A stretch of 64,000 nt of DNA from an uncultured Gemmatimonadaceae bacterium (GTDB lineage Bacteria > Gemmatimonadota > Gemmatimonadetes > Gemmatimonadales > Gemmatimonadaceae): the NCBI GenBank assembly GCA_963751275.1, contig CAVVTZ010000008.1:1-64000 (forward strand), written 5' to 3'. A program made the position numbers and the translations under genes. Numbering within the stretch: position 1 is the stretch's first letter; each line of letters opens with the position of its first letter. Of the stretch, positions 63,063 to 64,000 are shown one piece after another. Under the pieces are notes generated by a model. It made no database searches, was not told the origin of the DNA, and saw nothing but the letters and a program-made list of their open reading frames with translations.

Positions 63063-64000
63063 ATGATCCAGAATCCGATGCGCTTCTCGCCCTTCGTCCG
63101 TCGCGCGTTCGCGCTCGCCGTCGCCGCTGCGACGCTGGCTGCCTCGCCGCTCGCGGCGCAGGAGCCGACCGCGATCCCCGCGACCCACACCGTGAAGAAG
63201 GGCGATACGCTCTGGGACATTGCCAAGATGTACCTGAACGATCCCTTCCTCTGGCCGGAGATCTACCGGCTCAACACGAACATCGTGGAGGATCCGCACT
63301 GGATCTATCCCGGTGAAGTGTTGACGCTCCCTGGCGGGACGCCGCCGGTCGCGGAAGGCCCCGGCGGTGCCCAGGTCGTGTCGGAGGATCAGGTGGAGCA
63401 GCCCGCGGCGCCGATCGCGGAAGCGCCGCGCCAGCCGGTGGGTGCGACCGTCTTCGCGGCGGCGAACCGCAAGCGGGCGATCAGCGCTTCGCGCTTCGGC
63501 GGCACGGCCAATACCTACCAGCACACCGCCGTGCGCGCGGCGGAATTCTACTCGGCGCCCTGGCTCGACTCGTCGCAGGGTCCGGCCGGCACCGGCCTCA
63601 TCGTCCGCACGGCGAACATCCCGGGCGAAGTCCGGGGCGTCCAGCGCGACAAGTTCAACATCAACGATTACGTGTTCATCACGCTGCCCAAGGGCGTCGT
63701 GGCCGCCAAGGGCGACCAGCTCCTCGTGTTCGACTATGGCGCCGACCTTGGCAACGGTTCGCGTGTCATGCGTCCCACCGGCCAGGTGAAGATCATCAGC
63801 ATCGAAGGCACCGATGCGGTGCTCGCGCGGATCACGAACTTCTACGGCGAGATCTGGATCGGGCAGCACGTCATGCCGCTCGAGCATTTCGCGATGAATC
63901 CGGATGCCCGCCCGGCGCCGCTGCTCCTCGGCACGGAAGGGAAGGTCGTCTATATCCCGCCGCAGGTGACGATCGGTTCCCTGCAGGACTACATCATCCT
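63063..64000 (+). CDS. Secreted LysM peptidoglycan-binding protein (runs off the window end)
   Basis: Manual translation: signal peptide, then HTVKKGDTLWDIAKMYLNDPFLWPEIY...DPHWIYPG; GAGGA RBS. Confidence 0.9.
   Translation, partial: MIQNPMRFSPFVRRAFALAVAAATLAASPLAAQEPTAIPATHTVKKGDTLWDIAKMYLNDPFLWPEIYRLNTNIVEDPHWIYPGEVLTLPGGTPPVAEGPGGAQVVSEDQVEQPAAPIAEAPRQPVGATVFAAANRKRAISASRFGGTANTYQHTAVRAAEFYSAPWLDSSQGPAGTGLIVRTANIPGEVRGVQRDKFNINDYVFITLPKGVVAAKGDQLLVFDYGADLGNGSRVMRPTGQVKIISIEGTDAVLARITNFYGEIWIGQHVMPLEHFAMNPDARPAPLLLGTEGKVVYIPPQVTIGSLQDYII

Overview
A GC-rich (about 70% by eye) bacterial core-genome window. The SecA insertions, BamD and gene content resemble the FCB group, most likely Gemmatimonadota (inference). 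In order it holds: an amino-acid transporter and membrane pyrophosphatase cluster; a putative MurNAc salvage set (sugar kinase, SSS transporter, NamZ) around an A-type Fe-S carrier; a long + strand run (PI-phosphate synthase, ino1, 2-oxoacid dehydrogenase E1/E2, PHP, peroxiredoxin, SDR, trxB); aspA, Rrf2, tRNA-Leu, smpB, amidase and pyrDF; a stand-alone rpmJ-rpsMKD-rpoA-rplQ-rpmB operon; a surface-polysaccharide region containing carB; and bamD-nadD-secA-radC-rel-uvrB-tsaEB-rimI-ssb-LysM. Many essential genes carry 1-nt indels that look like long-read consensus errors. Two signals stand out. First, a Cys-free BCP/PrxQ peroxiredoxin has an in-frame UGA exactly at the catalytic position plus a SECIS-like hairpin, making it a likely selenoprotein split by the ORF caller. 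Second, a modular family of intergenic palindromic repeats (long hairpins that start on stop codons, plus a short GTACCA...CAGACGCGCC motif in about 9 copies) occurs with no cognate transposase in the window. No CRISPR array, prophage, integrase or rRNA was seen.
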